Shown here: positions 16,199 through 24,455 of the stretch, piece after piece
Numbering within the stretch: position 1 is the stretch's first letter
How the letters are laid out: each line of letters begins with the position of its first letter
NCBI GenBank assembly: GCA_048886185.1
Contig: JBHLKY010000011.1
Span: forward strand, 90,001 to 122,000
Direction: 5' to 3'
DNA from: Candidatus Hermodarchaeota archaeon
Lineage (GTDB): Archaea > Asgardarchaeota > Heimdallarchaeia > Hodarchaeales > Hodarchaeaceae
DNA: 32,000 nucleotides
Notes under the pieces: generated by a model
What the model was told of the DNA's origin: nothing
Database searches by the model: none
What the model saw: only the letters and a program-made list of their open reading frames with translations
Position numbers and translations under genes: made by a program

Positions 16199-16591
16199 AT
16201 GAAACTAGATAGTGCTTATGGAATCGAACTAGATAGCCTTAAAGATCTAATAAGGTTGATTTCAAGTTCTAGCCCTGATCGTCCTTCAATTATTTTCAAG
16301 TGGGATTCAGAAAACAGTACACAGGTTTATTATGGATCTTTTGCTATCTTCCCGGGATATTATGATTATAAAGCATTACCTGTTCTGTTTTTTATAGTAC
16401 GTGATTCCTCGATTGAAGAGGAGAACCAATCACTAGTCCGTTACGATCTACAAGCTAGAGACAACCAGATGTCATTCTTAACTCACATTCAAGATAAAGA
16501 CCTTGATCAAGTTCATACGGGTCTTGTGCGTTTTATCCCTATTGTAAAGTTAAAAAAAGCTCCCAAGATCTTTACTGACTTGATATTTTAG
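16199..16591 (+). CDS. Hypothetical archaeal protein (130 aa)
   Basis: SD GGGTGA, 16 nt after the upstream stop. Patterned sequence SLKDLIRL..YY...LPVLFF..FIPIVKL resembles small conserved TACK-type hypothetical proteins. Confidence 0.7.
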   Translation: MKLDSAYGIELDSLKDLIRLISSSSPDRPSIIFKWDSENSTQVYYGSFAIFPGYYDYKALPVLFFIVRDSSIEEENQSLVRYDLQARDNQMSFLTHIQDKDLDQVHTGLVRFIPIVKLKKAPKIFTDLIF

Positions 16592-16602
16592 AGGGTCTTT
16601 TT

Positions 16603-17388
16603 GTGCTTAAAGAAGGAGATACTGTTCGGATAATTGAATTATCACAGCATAATCCCAAATCTTGGATTATAAACCTCGTTAAAGATGATGAACTCTCAAC
16701 ACACCTTGGGAAAATACCTCATAATAATTGTATTGGTAAAAAATATGGAGATTTTGTCAAAGTATTGAAAGGAAAAGTTATCCTTTCAAGAGCTTGTCCC
16801 CGTGATTATTTACGACATTTTCGACTCAAAACACAAATTCTTTATGAAGATGATTGTGCTATCGCCTGTAGTTTAGCTGGCCTTGCATCTGGAATGAAAG
16901 TTGGGGAAGCTGGAACTGGATCAGGAGCTCTAACGACTTTTCTAGCCCATAATGTCCACCCAAATGGGCATGTGTTTTCATTTGACATAAAAGCAGACCA
17001 CTTAGCTAATGCTCAAAAAAATTTAGCTCAGACAAGTTTATTAAAATATATTACTTTTAAACTTCAAGATATCCGTTCTCCGCTAGATTTAAGGGACTTA
17101 GATGCCTTCTTCTTGGATTTTCCGACCCCTTATGAAGCTATTGATAATATTGCTCCTGTTCTAAAAGGAAGTGGACATCTAATCTGTTTTGTACCAAACT
17201 GGGGGCAAGTTGAATCAACTGTTGCCGAAATACGTAAGAATCCTTTTTTTGTCCTTCTAGAAACATTTGAGATAACAAGACGAAATTTCTTTGTAAACCC
17301 AGATAAACATATAATGCGCCCAGTTTTCCGTGATCTTGTGTATTCGGGGATACTTATCCATGCTATTCGGGTTTACTCTAGTAAATGA
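16603..17388 (+). CDS. trmI: tRNA (adenine57/58-N1)-methyltransferase, TrmI/GCD14 family
   Basis: STHLGKIPH...IGKKYG, R.KTQILY..D, EAGTGSGALT, LDFPTP, FVPNWGQV, MRP. GTG start after SD GAGGG. Confidence 0.88.
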   Translation: MLKEGDTVRIIELSQHNPKSWIINLVKDDELSTHLGKIPHNNCIGKKYGDFVKVLKGKVILSRACPRDYLRHFRLKTQILYEDDCAIACSLAGLASGMKVGEAGTGSGALTTFLAHNVHPNGHVFSFDIKADHLANAQKNLAQTSLLKYITFKLQDIRSPLDLRDLDAFFLDFPTPYEAIDNIAPVLKGSGHLICFVPNWGQVESTVAEIRKNPFFVLLETFEITRRNFFVNPDKHIMRPVFRDLVYSGILIHAIRVYSSK

Positions 17389-17397
17389 GATGAAGGC

Positions 17398-18297
17398 ATG
17401 ATAAAAATTCCTAGAACAGTATACGAAAAATTCTTACGTTTTTCTTTAGAAAATGCAAACCCATTAGACTCAAGAAATTGGAAAGAAAGCATAGGATTAA
17501 TCCTGGGACGGATCTCAGAACATGAAATATTAATAACAGACATTGTACCTATCGGGTCAGGAACAGCTGTTTTTGTTGATATTACAGACTATGAGAGAGT
17601 GTTCTCATTAATTTCAGTTGACAGAATTCAGGAAGGAGAAGTCATTGTTGGGTGGGCACATACTCATCCAGGACTTGGTCTATTTTTATCAGGTATAGAT
17701 ATCCGTACACAACAGATGTATCAACAAATGCATCCAAAAGCTTTTGCTCTTGTAATGGATCATACAAAAATAACTAATGAATTTTCTGGATTTAATATCT
17801 ATCGTCTTAAAGATTATGGAGCTCATCCCAGAACTGTTGAATATTATTTTGATGAGTCATTCGATTTCCTAACGACAAGAGAAAATCTTACTTCGGAATT
17901 ATATCTAGTTCCAGAAGTTCCTATTATCATCTCTGAATCTGAAGTCTCTTGGAAAGGTATTAGAATAAAGATCAGTGGTGATAAACAAATTCCAGTAAAT
18001 CAGCCATTTCAAGTAAAGATCTCACTTTTTTTACCCTCTAGTCAGTTCATTCACATAAAGTATCAGTTAAAGACTCATAAAATAATGGAAAATCCTTTCT
18101 TGGAAAAGTTAATTGATAGAAGAGCCATTTATCATGAAATGATATCTACAGGCCCATTGAGTACCTTTACTTTTCGTTCAAAAGAGATAGGAACAGCCTA
18201 TTTGCGAATTGAGAATCTAACCCTATTAAATTACCAGCAAAAACAACAAGAAATGCCTGATATGTGTTTTTATACTCAAATACGGGAAAACTATTAA
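17398..18297 (+). CDS. JAB1/MPN+ (JAMM) metallo-isopeptidase, Rpn11/CSN5-like, with a C-terminal beta-sandwich
   Basis: ESIGLILG and the intact motif WAHTHPGLGLFLSGID (H-x-H-x7-S-x2-D, 17653-17700), then QQMYQQMHPKAFALVMD. The last ~120 aa are beta-rich (QIPVNQPFQVKISL). Confidence 0.85.
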   Translation: MIKIPRTVYEKFLRFSLENANPLDSRNWKESIGLILGRISEHEILITDIVPIGSGTAVFVDITDYERVFSLISVDRIQEGEVIVGWAHTHPGLGLFLSGIDIRTQQMYQQMHPKAFALVMDHTKITNEFSGFNIYRLKDYGAHPRTVEYYFDESFDFLTTRENLTSELYLVPEVPIIISESEVSWKGIRIKISGDKQIPVNQPFQVKISLFLPSSQFIHIKYQLKTHKIMENPFLEKLIDRRAIYHEMISTGPLSTFTFRSKEIGTAYLRIENLTLLNYQQKQQEMPDMCFYTQIRENY

Positions 18298-18311
18298 AAA
18301 TATCATCTTAT

Positions 18312-19049
18312 TTATGATATTTGTTTGTATCTACGATCCCCATATTTCCCGAAGAGAATTAAAGCAATGAAAATAATCAAGAACCCAAAGAATAGATAAA
18401 CTAATATATAAGGAGGTGTAGGGTAGCTCCTTACTAATTCAAATGTTACATTTCTATAATAGTAAGCGATTTGTTCTCTTTCATCTCCTTGATATATGTG
18501 ATATTTAACACGGAAGACAAATTTGTATATCCCGTAAGTGACTAATTCTAAAGCAGGAACAGTCACAACCTCAGACTTCGATGAGTTTGGTTGAAGTACA
18601 AAGTCAATTATATTATACTTGGTATTTTCTGGGTCATAATATAATGAAAGAACTATTGTACGGTTGAGTATGTCATTCTCTCCAGAAATAACAGTGTAGA
18701 TGTCTACGGCAAACTCGTGGATAGCTAGTCTTATAGAATCTCCAATAGCAGTGGAATAACTTGCATTTATCCTTAAACTTGTCCCATTCAACAATTGAGG
18801 TAGCGGATTTTCTTGAAATTCAGGACTCGGTGCCTCTGAAATTAGTTCCTCTAAAGATACAAATTTATTTTGCACTTTCGCTTCGATATTCACCAGATCA
18901 ATCACCAACCTCCCTCCATTAGTATTAGGTTTAGTAGTTGACGCTTTAACAGCAATTGGGGCACCAGGGTGATTTAATCCACAAGAAATGACAATTATCA
19001 ATAACAAACTAAGAGAGAAAGCTTTTGATTTTGCAAATAATTTTATCAT
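18312..19049 (-). CDS. Type I membrane protein: signal peptide, Ig-like domain (TRAP-alpha-like), C-terminal TM helix
   Basis: Signal FSLSLLLIIVISC. Beta-rich ectodomain ending YKFVFRVKY..YYRNVTFELV. TM YILVYLFFGFLIIFIALILF, basic tail KYGDRRYKQIS. ATG 19049 follows SD-like AGGTTGA. Confidence 0.55.
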   Translation of the reverse strand: MIKLFAKSKAFSLSLLLIIVISCGLNHPGAPIAVKASTTKPNTNGGRLVIDLVNIEAKVQNKFVSLEELISEAPSPEFQENPLPQLLNGTSLRINASYSTAIGDSIRLAIHEFAVDIYTVISGENDILNRTIVLSLYYDPENTKYNIIDFVLQPNSSKSEVVTVPALELVTYGIYKFVFRVKYHIYQGDEREQIAYYYRNVTFELVRSYPTPPYILVYLFFGFLIIFIALILFGKYGDRRYKQIS

Positions 19050-19289
19050 TCGTTTTTTCAACCTTAAATAATCTTACTAAACACCCTGATTTTTCAGTTG
19101 AGCATTTGAACTTTTATTTCTTTTTGGAATATAAGTATTAAAGCTGATTGGATCCGTTCTCGCTATTTAATGCTTTCCACTCTATTAAAGTCCATACTCT
19201 CCAATGATTCAAATACATCAAAACAACTTAGAACATATCCTCTAACAGCTGAAGTTTTAAGATAGTTAAAAATTTATTTAATCCTAATT

Positions 19290-19907
19290 TCAACTTTTAA
19301 AGAGTATTTCATGTACTCTATCACGGATGATTTCCTCCCGACGGTCAAATCTTGCTTCAATTGTATTCAGTACCGACAATGGTCCTTTACTAATTATTAC
19401 TCCTCCTTCTATTACTTGATCCTCAGACGTCAATATTCGAATAGAAGTGTTCGTTTTAGTTTTTTCTGCAATTTTAGATTCCAATTGCATGATATCGATT
19501 AAGGAGACATCCTCAGCAGCAACATTGACTGCTAATTCTCCCCCTCCAAGTGAAACTCCTCCTTGGAGTATTTGATTGATTAAACCAGACCTATACTCCT
19601 CTGATTTTTTATCTTTCCATTCACGAATCCTTTTCAAACTCTCTGCATATACTTTCTTTAATAATTCTTCTTTAACATCATTCATTTCAATTTTATTTCT
19701 GATTCGCAATCGAGATAACTCACGTTGTGCTTTTTGTTCTTCTTCTTTCTCCTTTTTCTCCAATACAGCGCGATTTATACGTTCTTTTTCACTTCTAGCC
19801 TGATCAAGGATTTTAGAAGCTTCTTGTGCTGCCTTTTGGATTATATCCTTTGCCTGCTGATTAGCTGTTTGAATAATCTCATTCTCAAAATTGTAGATCT
19901 CGGTCAT
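19290..19907 (-). CDS. atpE: A/V-type ATP synthase subunit E
   Basis: Coiled-coil N-terminus IIQTANQQAKDIIQKA, KEELLKKVY.E, C-terminal GGVIISKG..SVLNTIEARF. Confidence 0.87.
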   Translation of the reverse strand: MTEIYNFENEIIQTANQQAKDIIQKAAQEASKILDQARSEKERINRAVLEKKEKEEEQKAQRELSRLRIRNKIEMNDVKEELLKKVYAESLKRIREWKDKKSEEYRSGLINQILQGGVSLGGGELAVNVAAEDVSLIDIMQLESKIAEKTKTNTSIRILTSEDQVIEGGVIISKGPLSVLNTIEARFDRREEIIRDRVHEILFKS

Positions 19908-20290
19908 AATCTGTCCTTTCTTTGGCTAATAGATTGTTTGATAATCTCTTTTACTATAGACGTTATTAGTTGTGTACTGATTTGTTAAAAACCCCTCTAA
20001 TGCTATTATATAATTTTCAGCTTTATTAAGTCAAAGAGGTATGTAATAGACTTAGTTCCAGGCCTAATTCTTCTTGATTATAATCCTTTTTATCACTGAG
20101 GTAACGATTTGGATTGTGAAATTTTGATTTGGTAAACATATAGGAAATGTAGAAGGACATAATTTCAAACTTATCAGAGAATTTGATCTATTTTTCCTTA
20201 AAAAGGAGAGAAACTCGTCTTTAATAGGAATAAGAAGGAATAATACAAACCTAATTCTCTGCTGTAAAGGAGAAAGTTGTCATAGGAGTT

Positions 20291-21319
20291 TCAATCGAGT
20301 TGAATGATTGGATAATCTTGTTGCACCAATTCTTCTACAATTGTTTGAATTTTAATTTGTGCTTCTTTTACCTCTTCTAGCTTAAAGAATTTACCTAACT
20401 CTTTCTCAACAAAATGTTCTGGCCCTTTCTTACCATCTTCTGATAAGATGAGTAAAATTTCCTTTTCGATGATACCACGAGAGAATTTTGCTTTTATCTG
20501 ATTAAAGATAATCTCATGAGCTAATAAGATTTCCAATTGTCGTTTATCAATTCGATTTATTACTTCTTCCGTAAGAACTAATATAGAGAAAATCTCTTTA
20601 ACATGATTAACAGAGTTTAAAGTGAAGATAGGCAAGTAGATTGGTTCAAAGCGGCTTTCCAAACTGGTCTGAAAAAGAAAAGGATCGACAGTAATTCTAT
20701 AATTACTTACGATCTGAGAATATTCCTGAAGATGCGAATGGATGTTTGATAAGGCACTTTTAGCTTTTCGATATTCTACCAATTGCCTCATTCGCTCCAA
20801 TTTTACTTTCTCGTTAATTTTTGTTGCAGGAATTATTTGAAGCCCCATTCTAACTTTCATTCTTAATTGTACTTCAATTTTTTCAGTGAAATCCTCAAAG
20901 GGTATGATTTCTCTCTTCTTATTACGAATAGGGTGAATTCGTTTTATAGCTTCAAATGCTTGAATTTCTGCTTCGAATATTGATTTTCCATTACAAAAAA
21001 TCTCCTTTGTTAAAGCAGCAAAATATTCCATACCTGTTTGCAGCGCAATCGAATCTAATGATTGGAATATAGGTATAGAAAAAGCAATTAGAAGGAAATC
21101 TTTTCCGTGTTGGGGGATAATATGAAAATAAAAAGGACTGATTTTTCTAGTCTCTCTTTGTATCAGGCCATTCACTCCAAAGAATCGTACTTGATCAATT
21201 AAATCAATTAACTCTTCATATTGAATAGCTGCCCTCTCGAACTCCATCACCATCCACTCTTCTATTGCTAGACGAGACTGAAACACTTGACCCTGCGGGA
21301 CACTTTTAGGAGAATTCAT
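20291..21319 (-). CDS. Hypothetical protein with a degenerate M48-like zincin motif (HEIIF)
   Basis: 342-aa ORF. ILVLTEEVINRIDKRQLEILLAHEIIF matches the M48 active-site helix context but lacks the second His. Confidence 0.6.
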   Translation of the reverse strand: MNSPKSVPQGQVFQSRLAIEEWMVMEFERAAIQYEELIDLIDQVRFFGVNGLIQRETRKISPFYFHIIPQHGKDFLLIAFSIPIFQSLDSIALQTGMEYFAALTKEIFCNGKSIFEAEIQAFEAIKRIHPIRNKKREIIPFEDFTEKIEVQLRMKVRMGLQIIPATKINEKVKLERMRQLVEYRKAKSALSNIHSHLQEYSQIVSNYRITVDPFLFQTSLESRFEPIYLPIFTLNSVNHVKEIFSILVLTEEVINRIDKRQLEILLAHEIIFNQIKAKFSRGIIEKEILLILSEDGKKGPEHFVEKELGKFFKLEEVKEAQIKIQTIVEELVQQDYPIIQLD

Positions 21320-21386
21320 AAGAGTAACTATTCCCTATTTTAAGGATATTAATGGAATTAATAAATAATTTAGCTAGTTCTACTTG

Positions 21387-22532
21387 TTAATACCTTTTAC
21401 TTGCATGCCGATAAGCGATGCTAAACAGGAATAGGAAAATACCAAAAGCCATAATCATTGCTGTAGATCGGCTAATGGTCTCCAATTCCCCAGAAGCAAA
21501 GTTAACGATTTGGAAAATAACAAGAGTTAGCCATCCTATAATACTAGTATCTTCTGTGGTCGTTAATCCTTTCCAATACCTCACAATTAGCATTAAAACT
21601 CCTAATATCACAGCACCAATATGAAATATTTGAAGAAAAGCTTCTGTTGGAAAGACATCTGCTGGAACAACTAAATAAATAAATTCTAAAAATAAGAAAA
21701 ATGCAGCAGAAACAAGAGTTATGAGGGGACCAGGGATTTTAACAGTATGATCAACTTGATGAGCACCTTCATAGATTAAATACAAAATCCCTCCTATCGT
21801 TGCAGAATCGGCTAGAATTAATGCTGACGTATAAATAACATCAATTTGGGTTTGCCACATTTCAATCATTTGTAAGAAAAATCCAATAATCCCAGATTGT
21901 TCACCAAACCAATCATATCCAAAATAGAATCCAATAACTACAAGTAATGGTAAGGGTAAATACAAGAGAGTTAACAATAAGGTTTTCCTTTGTCTAGAAA
22001 CCACTTTTCCTTCATCACGCCATTTAAATAGATATACAGCAATAAAATAACCACCAAACAACGAAATAAAAGGAGTTATTATAGGAAATAGGAAGATAAT
22101 GCCTATAATAAAATTGAATCCGTAAAATGCCTTTATAGTTGTTGGTAATCGCCAAATTTCGCGTCCAAAGGATTCATACGCATCACCAATTTGATAACGA
22201 CGCCCATAAGTCCAAAAGAGAAAGGGCACAGCCATTATCATCGGACCAACACCATAAATTATAATATCAGATAAAATACGTAAATCTCCAACCAAAAACC
22301 AAATAACTCCATCCACAAAGGCAAAAGACAGTAAATAAAAGTATATTGGAATTAAAATAAACTGTAAAAGCACTATAAAACGTCCATAATGAATATAGGT
22401 TTCATAATCACTCAATAAAATCTCTGCTCCTAGTACTTGTCTATTTTGCATAAGGGAATGCATCATCCTTTTTAAAAACATAACTCTTGAGTCGCTTAAG
22501 AATAGAAAATTAGGGTTATTTTTAAGAGTCAA
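21387..22532 (-). CDS. Polytopic membrane protein of unknown function (~10 TM helices)
   Basis: Many 18-24-aa hydrophobic segments with short basic loops. Start may be TTG 22532 or a downstream ATG. Confidence 0.8.
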   Translation of the reverse strand: MTLKNNPNFLFLSDSRVMFLKRMMHSLMQNRQVLGAEILLSDYETYIHYGRFIVLLQFILIPIYFYLLSFAFVDGVIWFLVGDLRILSDIIIYGVGPMIMAVPFLFWTYGRRYQIGDAYESFGREIWRLPTTIKAFYGFNFIIGIIFLFPIITPFISLFGGYFIAVYLFKWRDEGKVVSRQRKTLLLTLLYLPLPLLVVIGFYFGYDWFGEQSGIIGFFLQMIEMWQTQIDVIYTSALILADSATIGGILYLIYEGAHQVDHTVKIPGPLITLVSAAFFLFLEFIYLVVPADVFPTEAFLQIFHIGAVILGVLMLIVRYWKGLTTTEDTSIIGWLTLVIFQIVNFASGELETISRSTAMIMAFGIFLFLFSIAYRHASKRY

Positions 22533-22574
22533 ACCTTAAAATGCTCAAATTAATTATTTCGGAAGAATTAAACG

Positions 22575-22886
22575 ATGAGTGGATCTAAAGAAGATGAGAA
22601 GTTTCCCTATAAATCAGAATATTACCATTTAATAAAGGGAAGAACTATCTCACGGCGAGGTAGATGGTGGACTGCTGTATTACTAGTTCAAAATGTCGAT
22701 GATGCTAATAAGAGAGTGGTCGTTATTCAACGATGGCAAAAACGAAAGAGAGCAGATCCTAATGCCGAAGGAAACATCTCCAGCTATTGGGCACCGGCGA
22801 AGTCATTCACACTTAATTCTAGTAACCCCTGGGGGATCCTCAAAGATACAATTGAAGAATGGCTCTCAACAAACGACTGGAAATAA
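22575..22886 (+). CDS. Small basic protein, possibly PC4/Whirly-like nucleic-acid-binding fold
   Basis: GRTISRRGRWWTAVLLV...VVVIQRWQKRK...W..AKSFTL...WGILKDTIEEWL: beta strands plus a C-terminal helix, rich in Trp/Arg/Lys. Confidence 0.6.
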   Translation: MSGSKEDEKFPYKSEYYHLIKGRTISRRGRWWTAVLLVQNVDDANKRVVVIQRWQKRKRADPNAEGNISSYWAPAKSFTLNSSNPWGILKDTIEEWLSTNDWK

Positions 22887-22970
22887 ATGTGACCTCTTTT
22901 TAATAATGTCAGATTAAAAAAAGTGTAAAAGGTAAATTCACGATCCAAGGGATCCGAGAAATAAATACTT

Positions 22971-24302
22971 TTACGCAATTTTAATATACTCATAGGCTTT
23001 TCTGGCTGACTCAAAACCATAATGAATGGTCTGGTAGTCAGTACGAAATTCAGCAACTTCATTAGCAACTTCAATAGGATCTTTTTGGTCAAAGAGTACA
23101 GATTTAAAGAATTCAGCAATCCTCTCCATTTCTTTTTCCTTCATTCCCAATCGAGTTATTTCTTGGGATCCAATACGAATTCCTCCAGGATTTTTATAAT
23201 GGCGCTTTTCGATAATATCCCATGGGAGGAGATTGCGATTAGCAACAAGATTAGCAGCTTCTAATCGTTGTTCGACATCTGCACCTAATCCAATTGTGTC
23301 TTGGAAATTACTTATATCAACTAAAAGGGTATGAGACTCTGTAAAACCTTTATCGGGACATACTACCTGAAAACCTCTCTCATATAATGCTTGACCCAAT
23401 GCTTTAGCATTTGAAATCACCTGTTTAGAATAAGGTACACCAAACTTCTTAAATTCCGCAGCAGCGATTGCAAGACCTGCAACATGCATTAAATGGTGAT
23501 TTGATGTAGTACTAGGAAAAGCAGCAGATTTAATCTTCTCAGCTAATTCGTCATGAGCAGCTAAAACAATACCTTTTTGAGGACCAGGAAAAGTTTTATG
23601 AGTAGACATAGTCATTGTGTCAGTTCCTTCTCGTAAAGGATCTTGGAATAGTTTAGCTGCAATCAATCCAGCAACATGAGCTGCATCATAATTCACATGT
23701 GCTCCGACTTCATGGGCAATTGGGGCGAGCTCCTTAACTGGATGAGGAAAAAGAAAAACACTTGCCCCAAATTGGATGAGCTTAGGTTTTATCTCACGAA
23801 TGGCCTTAATAGAAGCATCAACATCAATATTTAAACCGTAACGATCAAATGGAAGATATTGTACATTCAATCGAGCAACTGCTCCAGCTGTTCCTCCAAT
23901 GAATGTTCCAGTTGAAGCTTTTAGAGGCCCAGAGCTGATATGACCACCTACAGGGATAGATATCGCCATCATTTTATCATTGGCCTGAGTAAAAGCAGTG
24001 TAAACCGTTAAATTAGCAACCACTCCAGAAATGGGCCGTGCATCTATGAATGGTGCATTAAAAATTTCTTTTAACAGCTTTAGGCATAATTCTTCTATTT
24101 CATCAAAGTATTGATTTCCAGGATATACTCGTTCACCAATCCAACCTTCTGCATACCGATGAACTAGATCAGAAATAGCTGCTTCTCGTACTGCTGGGCT
24201 TGTCACATTTTCACTCGCGATGAGTGGGATTGCTTTACTCCAATAATTATGATGGTTTTCTAAAATCGATCTAATTTTCATAAAATCAGGATCAAGAGAC
24301 AT
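22971..24302 (-). CDS. glyA: Serine hydroxymethyltransferase (archaeal type)
   Basis: LIASENVTS, RYAEG...R.YPG..Y.DEIE, RPISGVVAN, GGHIS, YDAAHVAGLIA, PLP motif STHKTFPGPQ, SNHH, GIRIG.QE.TRLGM. Confidence 0.96.
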   Translation of the reverse strand: MSLDPDFMKIRSILENHHNYWSKAIPLIASENVTSPAVREAAISDLVHRYAEGWIGERVYPGNQYFDEIEELCLKLLKEIFNAPFIDARPISGVVANLTVYTAFTQANDKMMAISIPVGGHISSGPLKASTGTFIGGTAGAVARLNVQYLPFDRYGLNIDVDASIKAIREIKPKLIQFGASVFLFPHPVKELAPIAHEVGAHVNYDAAHVAGLIAAKLFQDPLREGTDTMTMSTHKTFPGPQKGIVLAAHDELAEKIKSAAFPSTTSNHHLMHVAGLAIAAAEFKKFGVPYSKQVISNAKALGQALYERGFQVVCPDKGFTESHTLLVDISNFQDTIGLGADVEQRLEAANLVANRNLLPWDIIEKRHYKNPGGIRIGSQEITRLGMKEKEMERIAEFFKSVLFDQKDPIEVANEVAEFRTDYQTIHYGFESARKAYEYIKIA

Positions 24303-24455
24303 ATACTTTTCACCAATCGCATCCTCGTGATATTTCTCATTATTTGTATGCTATGAATGTGATGATCCAGTAACAGTGAAAATTTAAAAAAATTCTCAAG
24401 ATAGTGTTAGTGGTTATAAAGAGGAACACAAAGAGAATTGATTTGGTGATCACTT

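Noticed and set aside
24359-24420. GTGATGA in the glyA/gcvT spacer as a C/D sRNA, or a glycine riboswitch
   Set aside because: No box D at a suitable distance and no GC-rich stems or riboswitch consensus.
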